From contig OZ024746.1 in NCBI GenBank assembly GCA_964016885.1, forward strand, positions 31,930,001-31,994,000: a stretch of DNA of 64,000 nt, read 5' to 3'. The notes beneath the pieces were generated by a model. That model saw only the letters and a list, made by a program, of their open reading frames with translations. It had not been told where the DNA came from and did no database searches. Position 1 is the stretch's first letter. Every line of letters starts with the position of its first letter. Source of the stretch: Eledone cirrhosa. Taxonomy: Eukaryota. Position numbers and translations under genes: made by a program. This document shows, in pieces, positions 14,421-27,094 of the stretch.

Positions 14421-15769
14421 TTCTTGTAGCTATTGTTATTGTTGTTGGGTTTTTGTCATTGATGGTTTAGTAGTTGTTATTGTTACCTTACAGCTAATCA
14501 TTGATGTTTTTTTTCTTTATAAATGTCTTACTCTTGTCACGCATATGAATAAACATTGCTTGTGTATGTGTGCGTATATTTACACACACACACACACACA
14601 CACACAGAGGGAGCGATTATCAGCTTTTCTTTTTACCCCAAGGGGGTTATATCCCCGATTCATTCACAACTATTTTACTGTGATCATTCATACATCGTAG
14701 TTTCTTTGCTTCATAGCAAAAACAAATTACTTTAATAGATATCATTAAAAAACACGTGGAACATATAAAGAAAAGAGAAAAGTGGGAAAGGGCTGACACA
14801 CGAACAGTTCCCGCTCGTCAGCTGTTTTCTTGGAATTATAATAATTTCGGCTGCTATAAACTTTATTTGTTGTTCAGCAAAATTCTATAGTCGGATGATC
14901 TTCAACTGGACATGGTCAGCCATTGACCCCCAATCCAAGCTGAGATATATCCAGCGGTTTCTGTGACAAATGGACAACAGATCCGGGATTATCAGAGAAT
15001 AATATCAGTATTTGTTGGACCTCCAGCGATGACGCGCGTTGTTTGATCAATTGAACAGCTTACTTACGATATTGACGTGCATGTGACTAAGCTTTTCATA
15101 GACACGTGTACCCTTAACGTAATTCTTAGGGAGATATAATGTGGCACAAATATGACAGCTGAACACATTAAGCACTAAGTCACACGCCTTTACAGGGAGA
15201 ATGATAGAAAAGGTAAAGAAAAATATCCGAACCACCGTTTTGACGTTTGTTCATTAGGGAAAGTGTCTGGGAGAAGAAATCCTTGAAGATATATGAAATC
15301 ATATTTTGTATTCTTTCAGAATCATTGACACTACATATACAAACATCATAATATCCATCACCAAACGCCGCACTGACCCCTTTTCCCAGTCCTCCTCCAA
15401 AATGTCCACACTTCGAAATTCCCTCCCTGTCTGTTTCTTTTTTTATGTGGTTATCTAAAAACTTCAACCCCACTGACTTCGTCTGTCTTATACGGCCTCC
15501 GAAAGCTACGTTGTCATACAATGTGTCAGTCTGAATCTCCCTGTGGACTACGTTCAGGGTAGACCTGTCTGAAGAATTCTCAGATGCTTGCATGTTGGTT
15601 TCATGAGCTGGCTGTTCTGCTGTTCAAACAACTGGAAGGCTTATCAATGGAGATCAAACAATATATCCTGATGTATTCTCTCCTATATTTAGATGAAACT
15701 GCGTGATTTGAAGGAGGTTTAGGTCGCCCTTATTGGATCATACTGGCATATCAATAATCAATTTCTTGT

Positions 15770-16700
15770 AACTAGTGCAGCCAGTCGTTGAGGTGCCACT
15801 CTAGATGTTCCATAGATGCAGCTAGTCGTTGAGGTGACACTCTAGACATACCATTGGTACAGCCAGTCGTTCTGGTGCCACTTTAGACGTGTTACTGGTG
15901 CAGCCAGTTGTTGAAATTCCACTTTAGATGTGCCACGGTTGAAGCCCGTCGTTGGGGTGCCACGTTAGATGTGTTACTGGGACAGCCCATCGTTGGGGTG
16001 TCACGTTAGATGTGTTACTGGGACAGCCCGTCTTTGGGGTGCCACGTTAGATGTGTTACTGGGACAGCCCGTCGTTGGGGTGACACGTTAGATGTGTTAC
16101 TGGGACAGCCCGTCGTTGGGGTGACACGTTAGATGTGTTACTGGGACAGCCCGTCGTTGGGGTGACACGTTAGATGTGTTACTGGGGCAGCCTGTCGTTG
16201 GGTGACACGTTAGATGTGTTACTGGTACAGTCCGTCGTTGGGGTGCCACGTTAGATGTGTTACTGGGACAGCCCGTCGTTGGGGGTGTCACGTTAGATGT
16301 GTTACTGGGGCAGCCTGTCGTTGGGGTGACACGTTAGATGTGTTACTGGGACAGCCCGTCGTTGGGGTGACACGTTAGATGTGTTACTGGTGCAGCCCGT
16401 CGTTGGGGTGACACGTTAGATGTGTTACTGGGACAGCTCGTCGTTGGGGTGACACGTTAGATGTGTTACTGGGACAACCCGTCGTTGGGTGCCACGTTAG
16501 ATGTGTTACTGGGACAACCCGTCGTTGGGTGCCACGTTAGATGTGTTACTGGGACAGCCCGTCGTTGGGGTGACACGTTAGATGTGTTACTGGGACAGCC
16601 CGTCGTTAGGGTGACACGTTATATGTGTCACGTGACACCCCCAACGACGGGCTGTACCAGTAAGATGTGTTACTGGTACAGCCCGTCGTTGGGGTGTCAC
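15770..16700. repeat. 41-bp minisatellite with one inverted unit near the end
   Basis: gttagatgtgttactgggacagcccgtcgttggggtgacac, period 41 (16046, 16087). Reverse-complement unit at ~16632-16663. Confidence 0.92.
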
Positions 16701-16887
16701 TCTTGATATTTGATATTGTGTCCATCATGGCATTTCTTCAATGGGCCTTAAAAATACTTGGTCGTGCCCATCTCCCTAGTAGGGAGATTTTACCTGGAAT
16801 GGTCACAATATATTGTGAAGCCATTACAAGATTTTCGATTGCTTAAGAAAACAACAATAAGAATTTCTGTGAAGTTAATGCAAAAAA

Positions 16888-17120
16888 TGAGGACAAATCT
16901 AGGAATGTCTGGAGATTTAGTGTCAAAATATAGGACAAATCTAGGAATGTCTGGAGATTTAGTGTCAAAATATAGAACAAATCTAGGAATGTCTGGAGAT
17001 TTAGTGTCAAAATATAGGACAAATCTAGGAATGTCTAGAGATTTAGTGTCAAAATATAGGACAAATCTAGGAAAGTCTGGAGATTTAGTGTCAAAATATA
17101 GGCCAAAATCTAGGAATGCT
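16888..17120. repeat. 42-bp minisatellite (~5.5 copies)
   Basis: taggacaaatctaggaatgtctggagatttagtgtcaaaata repeated in tandem. Confidence 0.9.
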
Positions 17121-17699
17121 TTACTATTTTAGGTACATTGGCATGACTGTTAAATCAGGTATCTACCACACAACTGATTCATTTCATCATCATCATCACC
17201 GCCATTATCATCATCATCATCGTCACCATTATTATCAGCATCAAAGATAGCATCAACAGCGCTAACAGCATGATCGATGATGTCATCACCATCATCACCC
17301 TCACAATAACCATCGTCATTATCATCATCATTATGAATCTCATAAAATCTCATTTATTATTTTATAACCCGTCGAGGTTAACTTTACCTTTCATCCTTAC
17401 GGGGTCGATAAAATAAAGTACCAGTAATGCACTGGGTAATTGCTGGCCTTGTGCCAAAAGTAGAAACAATTATTTTATAATTAAGTCGAAGGAAGGACAG
17501 TACCTATAGTCGTTGTACGTTATAGAATGGTGAGGTTGATGTTAAACGTCCAGATAAAGATTGTGGTCCGCGAGAGAATTCATTAGGTTTTGCTCAGGAG
17601 AGGAATGTTTTAGAGTAAGGCATGGAGATTGAAATACACTATAATAGTAACAGGTAGACCCAGGTGTAAATAGATAAAAGAAGCAGAGGCCATTGTAGA

Positions 17700-17845
17700 T
17701 AGGAGCAATAGTTACGTCCCTTTATGATCTGAGTTCAAATCCCGCCGAGGTTGACTTTGCCTTTCATCCTTACGGGGTCGATAAAATAAAGTACCAGTAA
17801 TGCACTGAGTAATTGCTGGCCTTGTGCCTAAAGTAGAAACAATTA
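17700..17845 (+). mobile_element. Young tRNA-derived SINE (other copies at ~17368-17473, 18700-18845, 28415-28605, 44770-44872)
   Basis: Box B-like gagttcaaatcc, body gactttgcctttcatccttacggggtcgataaaataaagtaccag, 3' end gtagaaacaatta. Copies are near identical. Confidence 0.85.
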
Positions 17846-18363
17846 TGAATCTCATAAAAACGAAGCACAGAACATATGTTGAAATATAACCTGTTTCCCC
17901 ACCTCCCCGTGTGTGTGTATATATATATAGAGAGAGAAAGAGTAAGAGAGAGAGAGAGATGGGGGTGGAGAGAAGGGGGGGGGGGGGGGTAAAATAGCAC
18001 TCTGAATTAAAGTTAGAAATAGAATCCCGTTATTGTTTGGTTTTGGCAGCAACTTCCGGTCACTTTCAGGTCAAGAGATAACATTTGGAGAGTCTGTGAC
18101 ATACTATTAATATTCTCCACTCATCTTACCAGTGGACTGTAACACTGATAACCTCGTTAGTATGGTCTCGAACATTTTCTCACTGCGGTGGTCTCCAACA
18201 CGTTTTTACAGCACCAACTCCGAATATTACGAGGAGAGATTTTTAAAGACCCCTTCGACTTGATATTTCATGAGACCAAACCCAAATATTATTGGGGGCG
18301 AGGTAGGGAGACTTTTAAAGAACCCTTAAACCTGAACCATTTCATAAAATAATGGTTTCTTAT

Positions 18364-18500
18364 TTACCGTATTTCCCGGCGCTGAAGACGCTTCGTCCTC
18401 GAGGACGGACCCTAATTTTGACAACAAAAAATAAAAAAAATAAATAAACAGCCTTCGGCCTCCACGACGCATGGTAGATTTTTTAGACTTATTTTACGAC
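18364..18500 (+). mobile_element. TcMar/pogo-type non-autonomous DNA transposon remnant
   Basis: Starts taccgtatttcccggcg..aagacgc, resembling pogo/Tigger-type termini. The other end was not found. Confidence 0.4.
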
Positions 18501-19159
18501 CTATTTCAAGCATTAAACTAACATATTTTGTCATTGTACTGTGTCGTTTGCTTTGTTATTTCTGTTTACCTTTATATATATATATATATATATATAAACA
18601 TTTGTAGAATATTTCTTATATATTTAGTGTTGTATGTATTCGCCTATCTGATTTAGACAAAATACCTCAACTGATATCAGTCTCATTATTATTACTTTCC
18701 AGCATAATTACGTCCCTTTATGATCTGAGTTCAAATCCTGCCGAAGTTAACTTTGCCTTTCATCCTTACGGGGGTCGATAAAATAAAGTACCAGTAATGC
18801 ACTGGGATAATTGCTGGCCTTGTGCCTAAAGTAGAAACAATTATTATTTCACATCTGGTTCACATCTGTTTATATATCTTTTAAGTGTGGACGTAATTTA
18901 CATAGCTGACAATATTGAAACAGTATCGTTCAAATATGAACATTTTGACAGTAGTTCCACCTATGTTGTCATATTGATATTGAAAACAGATGTGAGAATC
19001 CATACATTCATAGTCAACAAATGGCTGCGATACTTGGCAACTTCAAAATTTGTAAAACATTCTTACAATTTAAGGGATGACAATTTTTCTTTTACAACCT
19101 TGCCACCAGTAGGGGGGCCGGTTAAAAATTGTACTCGAAATTAAGAGAGAGAAACATAC

Positions 19160-19897
19160 ATACATACATATAGATGTGCGTGTATACATTATATATATAT
19201 ATAACTATATATGCATTGATGTATGCATGTATACATTATATATAAATATAACTATATATGCATTTATGTATGCGTGTATACATTATATATATATATAACT
19301 ATATATGCATTTATGTATGCGTGTATACATTATATATATATATAACTATATATGCATTTATGTATACGTGTATACATTATATATAAATATAACTATATAT
19401 GCATTTATGTATGTGTGTATACATTATATATATATATATAAATATAACTATATATGCATTTATGTATGCGTGTATACATTATATATAAATATAACTATAT
19501 ATGCATTTATGTACGTGTGTATACATTATATATAAATATAACTATATATGCATTTATGTATGCGTGTATACATTATATATAAATATAACTATATATGCAT
19601 TTATGTATGCGTGTATACATTATAAATATAACTATATATGCATTTATGTATGTGTGTATACATTATATATAAATATAACTATATATGCATTTATGTATGC
19701 GTGTATACAGTATATATAAATATAACTATATATGCATTTATGTATGCGTGTATACATTATATATATATATAAGTATATATGCATTTATGTATGCGTGTAT
19801 ACATTATATATATATATAACTATATATGCATTTATGTATGTGTGTATACATTATATATAAATATAACTATATATGCATTTATGTATGCGTGTATACA
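19160..19897. repeat. ~45-bp AT-rich minisatellite
   Basis: Tandem atatatgcatttatgtatgcgtgtatacattatatataaatataact. Confidence 0.88.
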
Positions 19898-20337
19898 GTC
19901 CGTCCGGCATTTAGGAAAAAGTACATACTTTGAGGTGGAAAGATCTTATTTTCCTTACGGTTATAGGTCCATAGTTCGTAAACCGAAGCAAAAAAAAAAA
20001 AAAGAAAAAAAAAAAAAAAATCGATCTAAGTAATCGATTATTGATTAACAACTATCGATTCAGGGAGACAGGAAATTAATCTGTTCCAAGGTCCATTTAG
20101 ATGTCTTGGCACATAAGCTAAGATATCTGATAATACATACACGCACACACTCACAACGACACACACACACATATATATATACACACACACACACACATTT
20201 ACATCTATATAGCTACATATATACATACATTCATATATAAATACACACATGCATACATACATATATATACACACACATGCATATACACATGTATATACAC
20301 ACATACATAAGCACACGCATATACACACACACACACA

Positions 20338-20375
<38 letters not shown>

Positions 20376-20382
<7 letters not shown>

Positions 20383-22429
20383 TAACAAATGGAAACTATA
20401 TTTATAAAACCATATTTATTTCATACATATTTCAAGGGCCACCAAAGCAAACTATGGTGCGCTTTCATCAGATAAAATATAATATAGGTTAGTTTTATAA
20501 ATAAATATTGACATACGCTTAAAAAATGCACCCATTCTGGTTGGAATCTCCTGGATAGTGGAGTTATTAGATTTATTGGTTTATTATGCAAATTAGTGTC
20601 GGAAAGGTTTAAAAACAGTATATTTAAATTAAGCCGTTGGAATAGGGAAAAAAAAAAGAAAAAAGGAAAAAAAGAAAAGAAAAAAGAAAAAGAAAGAGAA
20701 AAATACCTGAGTATAATTAAGTGAGAGAGAATAGCATAATTTTGAGAGAAGAGGCGAAGAAATAAATATAGCGTGGATGAATACCGTAAGATGGATAAAC
20801 AATAATAAAGATGGATAAACAATAATAAAGATAAGTTGAAGAATTTTATCTAATGTTTAATTAATAAATTTGATTAAATGCTTAATTAATAATTTATCAA
20901 TTCAATCCGTAGTTTAAATGTTTAAATGTGTATGTTAGATTATTAAAGTTGAGACCTATATATTATTAAAGTATATTATTAAAATATATAATTAGAAAAT
21001 ATGTTATTACAAAACCATATATAATTTTATTAATTATGAATTATTTATTTTAAAAAATTTGTAAGTTTAAAATATCCGAATATTTCTAAGCTCATGGAAT
21101 TTCCGAGAGTTTACAAAAGAATAATCCCTTATTTGTAATAGCAGTAGAGCGTAAAGGAAATTGCTAGCGATTTATTAATAATTTAGATAGCTTTAAGAAT
21201 TAAATGCTATAAATTTAAGATGTTAAAAAATTAAATTTTCTATCTTAATGTAATTAGAATATGAATTTTATGTTATTTTATAGCAAGTTATAAATTTATA
21301 ACTCTAACCTGTTATGACTGTTAAAAACATAAATTTGTTTGCTATAACGTGTTAACATTTAAAAATTCATTCATTGGAATATATCCAAAGCATAAACCAT
21401 AAAAAAAACTTTCATAAGAGTATATCTGTAGAATATATATATGAAAAATATGGGGAGAAGAATACTGCATGGTTGCACATGGATTACGTTATAAAATGAG
21501 TCCCTCATCAGTGATTTGCCAACGATCATTGGTATTTCATCGCATTAAAAATCATATACCTCACGTTGGTGCGATAATAACTAAAATAAGTTATTAGGAC
21601 AATTGAAACGCGTAAAGCGAGTGAGACAAGTAAACAACACAGGGGAAAGCTAACCGAAGATAGAAAGAAACACAAGCAACATTGTTATTCTGTCAGTGTA
21701 AGCTGGGTGAATATATGAGCGAGTAAGAAATAGACCTTCCGCTAGTGAATCCGATGCAAGAAAGAAGGAAAATCGTTTTCGTAGCGAACGGGGGGAAGTG
21801 AGAAGAGGAGAAACAGAGTGAGTGAAAGTACGAGGAAGAGGTCAGTAGAGAGAAAGTGTTAACTGACATGACAGAGAGGACGAAAGAAAGTAAGAGAAAC
21901 AGAGAGAACGAGGGAGCAGTAAGAGAGAAACACAGAATCGCAGTTTAGGTAAATATATGTGAAAAATATGGGGAGAAGAATACTGCATGGTTGCACATGG
22001 ATTACATGTTATAAATTGAGTTCCTCATCAGTGATTTGCCAACGATCATTGGTATTTTATATATATATATATATATATACATACATTCATTAAGCATTTG
22101 AAAAATACATAAATACAAAATATACAATATAAAATATGAATTATAATTTAAAATGAACTATAATTTTTTTAAAATACAAGAATATAGAAAATAAAATACA
22201 CAGTATAAAATATGAATTATGAATCCTTTGTACCCACTTAATTCCACTATCCAGGAGATTCCAACCAGAATGGTTGCATTTTTTAAGCGTATGTCAATAT
22301 TTATTTATAAAACTAACCTATATTATATTTTATCTGATGAAAGCGCACCATAGTTTGCTTTGGTGGCCCTTGAAATATGTATGAAATAAATATGGTTTTA
22401 TAAATATAGTTTCCATTTGTTAATATATT
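20376..22429. mobile_element. Penelope-like element remnant bounded by 187-bp inverted repeats
   Basis: 20376-20562 is the reverse complement of 22243-22429 (one mismatch seen). Both arms carry a hammerhead-like motif. The interior holds a ~105-bp direct repeat (21435-21540 / 21953-22058) of a second family also seen at ~53900-54380. Confidence 0.6.
22326..22390 (+). ncRNA. Hammerhead-like motif (mirror copy on the minus strand at ~20415-20479)
   Basis: CUGAUGA-AAG.CACCA(loop)UGGUG..CUU-GAAA-UAUG-UA, then UGAAAUAAA. Stem I is imperfect. Confidence 0.5.
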
Positions 22430-22513
22430 GTATATTTACTCCAATAATTTGTTGGGTGCTTTATATCAGTTATAAAAATATTTTGCTTGTATCCCAACAA
22501 ATTAAATATAACC

Positions 22514-22552
<39 letters not shown>

Positions 22553-22728
22553 TGAAAAATGGAACGGGAACAAAACAGACAGTACGAACAAAGGTTTATT
22601 AGTTTCACGCTCTTGAGAGTGGGGGCGGGGGTGTATATATATATATATATAACGAAGGAAATGTGGTAAGGAACCAGGTGGACCATAACGCACCAAAGTA
22701 CTCAATACTTAAGATAGTAGAGTGGGTC

Positions 22729-22848
22729 ATAGGAACGAGTAGGACCCCGACGGCTGAGCTCAAGCCGTTTCGACGGCTAATTCTGGACTCAGAGTCCAGA
22801 ATTAGCCGTCGAAACGGCTTGAGCTCAGCCGTCGGGGTCCTACTCGTT

Positions 22849-22853
<5 letters not shown>
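22729..22853. repeat. Perfect palindrome, 62-bp arms, 1-nt loop
   Basis: ataggaacgagtaggaccccgacggctgagctcaagccgtttcgacggctaattctggactc-a-reverse complement, then (TA)n. Confidence 0.95.
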
Positions 22854-22882
<29 letters not shown>

Positions 22883-22969
22883 GGAAAAATTTGAACAGGG
22901 ACAAAACAAAGAGGCAGTACAACGAATGTTTATTAATTTCACGCTCTGGAGAGTGGGGTGTTGGTGGGG

Positions 22970-23004
22970 GACGACGTTTCGGGCATAAGCCCTTCCTCAG
23001 GTGA
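22970..23004 (-). ncRNA. Minimal hammerhead-like motif
   Basis: Minus strand reads AC-CUGAGGA-A-GGGC(UUAU)GCCC-GAAA-CG-UC-GU, with palindromic ACGU stem III and AAUAAA downstream. Stem I is only 2 bp. Confidence 0.6.
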
Positions 23005-23068
23005 GAAGTGTGTGGGAACAGAGTTCAAAGGGTGTGTAGGGGAGTGGTGGAGAGACATATAGCGAAAG

Positions 23069-23141
<73 letters not shown>

Positions 23142-24564
23142 GTACATGCTGCCTAATACTTAAGACATTGTTATATTTATAATTTCCACACAATAGCCGA
23201 CACAAGAAAACTTTATTAAATTACAATACCTATATATCTCAGTACATATTCGACATATATCTTATTGTAAGGACCTTTTTTAATCCACTAAATACTTGTT
23301 AATTTTCGAATTAAACTATTACGATTCTCGATATTGCAATATTATTATGTATATATTTCTATAATTCTTATTCTGCAATTTTACTGGATCGAGAATCGTT
23401 TTCGTTCTCTTTCACCGTTGGTTCACATATACATTGTAATTTAGTCGTAGTATAACTGTGGTTAAGAAGTTTGTTTTACAATCGGGAAGTCTCATGTTCG
23501 ATTCCACTATCTCAGATCTCTCGTAAGTAACATTTCCTATAGCTTCTAGAGAACCAACGCCTTATGAACGGAACTGAATAAAGGAAATATCATTGGAGTT
23601 GTATCTAATTCAAAAGACCCAACCTTATCACACATTGTGCCTTATAAACTACATTAATTCTACGTGCGTCTGAACAACTAAATCACATTGTAATTCACCA
23701 GTTGGATGGTCAGTTGATTGAACTAATGATAGCACATCGTAGAAACCGACGAAGGAGCCCTCGTAATGAATCGATGTATTTGGTATGTTGTGCAATCAGC
23801 ATTCTCAGAGAGGATATTGAAAACGTGTTACTCAGTCGACCACATAACTTACATTATCCTCAATAAACTTTCGAGATGATGTCACCATAATTTGGTGGGA
23901 AGGGTAGGGCCAGATTTAGAAAGAGTGAAGGTTGGGGTCCCCTTGTTATAAAGTTATACCAGAAATTCTCACAAACATTGATGTCATATATGCTTTTTAA
24001 TTACACATTGCGAGCCCTGCACTCTTGATTCTGTCGGGAGGGGGAGTCGTGACATAGGACGTGTTTGAGTCTTTTAAAGCTACCGGCGTCTATATAGCTG
24101 CAGACTTGTAACAAAGTTCTGCTTTTGAATAACATCTACTTTTTGCCAGCTAAGTAGACAGCTAAAAGAATATTGCAAAAACATTTAAAAACATTACATA
24201 GGTCAGAACTAAACACGAAAATTTAATTCACCGAAATATAAAAAACAAACAAAAAGCAATCGTATGACCCAACATTTTATTCCATAAACAATACGTAATT
24301 CTACTATGGCAGATAAGTAACATTGTTAGGTAATCGAATGAAGTGATAGACAACGTTTGGAATTACTGTGAGGGTGATTAACTGGGTTTTACCCACAATA
24401 ATCTACTTTTATTAGAGTAGCTATTCAGACATTAAAAATAATGACCCCGCGACTGATACACCCCGTGCAAACACAAAAAATATGTTTAGTACATGCCTTT
24501 AGAAAGATTGAGACAATTCAATAGAATGTCTACTTCATCATCAGAATCACATTCCACTTCCTAT

Positions 24565-25332
24565 TTAACTAGCTTTCTGGTATTGCTGGTACTCTGAGAT
24601 TAAATCTCGCACGTTAGACTCAGCTTCTGTGAACTCCATCTCATCCATACCCTCTCCAGTGTACCAATGTATGAAAACTTTACGCCTAAACATATCAGTG
24701 AACTGACAAGCGATGCGTTTAAGTACCTCCAGGATAGCTGTATTGTTGCCCATAAATACACCAGACTTTTTAAATCCACGTGGAGCAATATCACAGACGA
24801 CTGTTTTTATATTGTTTGGAAGCCATTCAACAAAGTAGCTACTATTCTTATCCTGCATACTTTTGATGTGACCATCAACCTCCTTCATAGACATATGGCC
24901 TCGGTATATAGTAGCAACACTCAGGTAGCGACCGTGTTTTGGATCACAAGTAGTCATCATATTCTTAGAATCAAACATTTGCTGTGTAAGTTTTGCTACA
25001 GACAAAGCTCTATATTGCTCGCTACCTCGAGATGTTAGGGGGGCGAAGCCAGGTATGAAAAAATGCAGCCTAGGAAATAGTACCATATTGACGGTAAATT
25101 TACGCAGGTCTGCATTCAATTGACCGGGAAACCTCAGACATGTCGTAACACCAGCCATTGTCGCCGCAACTAAATGATTCAAGTCCCCAAAGGTAGGGGC
25201 AGTAAGTTTCAACGTATGGTAACAAGTATTGTACAACGCCTCATTAGATATGAAGAATGTTCCATCTGTATTTTCCACCAGTTTGTGTATTGACAACATT
25301 GTATTATAAGGTTCTACCACAGTACCAGATAT
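24565..25332 (-). CDS. Divergent beta-tubulin, exon 2 (aa 175-429, ends QQYQKAS*)
   Basis: Acceptor tttttgtcgcgcAG|ATA TCT GGT ACT GTG GTA GAA CCT ([10 protein letters not shown] vs canonical VSDTVVEPYN). Motifs [38 protein letters not shown]. Minus-strand AATAAA at 24408-24413 and 24276-24281. Confidence 0.93.
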   Translation of the reverse strand: MSGTVVEPYNTMLSIHKLVENTDGTFFISNEALYNTCYHTLKLTAPTFGDLNHLVAATMAGVTTCLRFPGQLNADLRKFTVNMVLFPRLHFFIPGFAPLTSRGSEQYRALSVAKLTQQMFDSKNMMTTCDPKHGRYLSVATIYRGHMSMKEVDGHIKSMQDKNSSYFVEWLPNNIKTVVCDIAPRGFKKSGVFMGNNTAILEVLKRIACQFTDMFRRKVFIHWYTGEGMDEMEFTEAESNVRDLISEYQQYQKAS

Positions 25333-25939
25333 CTGCGCGACAAAAACGAAAAAAAATAACCTTAAATGACACGATTGATATGGGAGTAAAATATTAGTTA
25401 TTTAAGCAAAAAACTAAATCTTGAATTAAATGTCAGTTTGCTATACAAATGTACTTACAAGAATTTCTAATGTTAAAAATCCGTAATAAAATAAGCTTGG
25501 AATTAGAAATTCTTACCAATGTCAGTGTCGCACAACATACAGTTTTGATATTATGTCTGACATACGGCAGCGTCAGAGCCTCAATAGCTACGACAGAAGG
25601 GTAATATGTATTTTGTGGAAATTCGCTTCTGGTACACTTAAATATATAACAAGCGTTATTTTGAAATTAAAATAATTCTAAAGTTCGAGACAGTCGATGG
25701 CAGAATGAAGAGCGCCAAACAAAATGCTTTACGATATTCCTACAGATACGGATGTCAAATATGCCGAGAATGAAAGAAAACCACTCGGGTACTGGGGGTC
25801 AATATATTCCAACTGATGTAAAGTGTTTTTACCCGATAGGAAAATATACATTCTTCTACGATATAAAAAAAAGTTGAATGCTAAGATATCGGTCACATAA
25901 GTTAATTTGGTTCGGCTGCAAGAATACTAAAGACATTAA

Positions 25940-26273
25940 TTGTTTCTACTTTTAGCACAAGGCCAGCAATTATCCCAGTACATTACTGGTACTTTATTTT
26001 ATCGACCCCGTAAGGATGAAAGGCAAAGTAAACCTCAGCAGGAATTGAACTCAGATCGTAAAGGGACGTAACTATGCTGGAAAGCATATCCGACCCTCTA
26101 CCGATACTGCCAATTCACCGCCCTTTAGGCATTAATTGTTTCTACTTTAGGCACAAGGCCAACAATTATCCAGTGTATTACTGGTACTTTATTTTATCGA
26201 CCCCGTAAGGATGAAAGGTAAAGTTAACCTCGGCGGGATTTGAACTCAGACTGTAAAGGGACGTAACTATGCT
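25940..26273 (-). mobile_element. Two tandem tRNA-SINE copies in the tubulin intron
   Basis: Same SINE family as 17700-17845. The copy at 25940-26125 retains the box A-like TGGCAGTATCGG head. Confidence 0.85.
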
Positions 26274-26307
26274 ATTAATAAGAGGGTAGAAGACGGAAAT
26301 TGCTTAC

Positions 26308-26829
26308 TTTGAGTGAAGGAATAACAGAGAATGTATTTATCATTCTATCGGGATATTCTTCCCGGATTTTTATCAATTGCAAAGTCCCCATACCAGATCC
26401 AGTACCACCGCCAAGTGACTGAGTCAGCTGGAAACCTTGAAGGCAGTCACAACTTTCTGCTTCTTTACGAACTACATCCATAACAACTTCCGCTAATTCA
26501 GCACCTTTTCTGTAATGGCCTTTCGCCCAGTTGTTACCAGCTCCACTTTGACCAAACACGAAATTATCTGGACGGAATAGTTGACCAAATGGTTCTGCAC
26601 GAACACAATCTATTTTGCCCGGTTCCATGTCAACAAGAATAGCACGGGCTACATATTTACCGCCCACAGCTTCGTTGTAGTAGACATTCATTCTCTCTAA
26701 TTGTAAATCGTTGTTACCATTATAAATTCCATTAGGATTAATGCTGTGTTCATCAGAAATAACTTGCCAGAATTTAGATCCAATCTGGTTACCACACTGA
26801 CCAATTTGTAAATGAACTATTTCTTTCAT
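26308..26829 (-). CDS. Divergent beta-tubulin, exon 1 (aa 1-174)
   Basis: ATG at 26829: [40 protein letters not shown]. Donor AAA|GTAAGC at 26307. The 522-nt exon joins exon 2 in phase 0 at K174. Confidence 0.93.
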
Positions 26830-27094
26830 CGCTGCCGTTGTAATGAAGCCACCAACCACAAATCTTTAAGGACTCTGACTGAAACTTAGTATTTATACAG
26901 TATTGAACCTTTCCATTTTCTACAACAACACGACATTTACATATTCGATTAATGCATTAATAACCAATGATCTTCTGTGTAAATAATATTAATTATTATT
27001 TCTTGAAAGCTGCCGATTGAGACAAACACCTGCATTCAAGGTTCGAATCCCACCGTGGTCAACTTTGATTTTTATCATTTGATTATTTGAGTAT

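Noticed and set aside
14700-14830. Minus-strand CUGACGA as a hammerhead core
   Set aside because: No plausible stem II followed by a nearby GAAA.
15180-15593. 137-aa ORF as a host exon
   Set aside because: Its 5' part is a decayed inverted SINE copy, and no protein motif is recognisable.
15950-16620. CRISPR-like arrays (also 57213-57900 and 61420-61870)
   Set aside because: Head-to-tail units without unique spacers, no cas genes, and a eukaryotic context. These are minisatellites.
16758-17132. ORF with 14-aa repeats (and the 16-aa repeat ORFs at 54929-55327)
   Set aside because: A by-product of 42-bp and 48-bp minisatellites whose periods are multiples of three.
26830-26859. N-terminal extension [10 protein letters not shown] of tubulin and read-through [10 protein letters not shown]
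   Set aside because: The ORF caller used a GTG start and ran into the intron. The true start is ATG at 26829 and the donor is at 26307.
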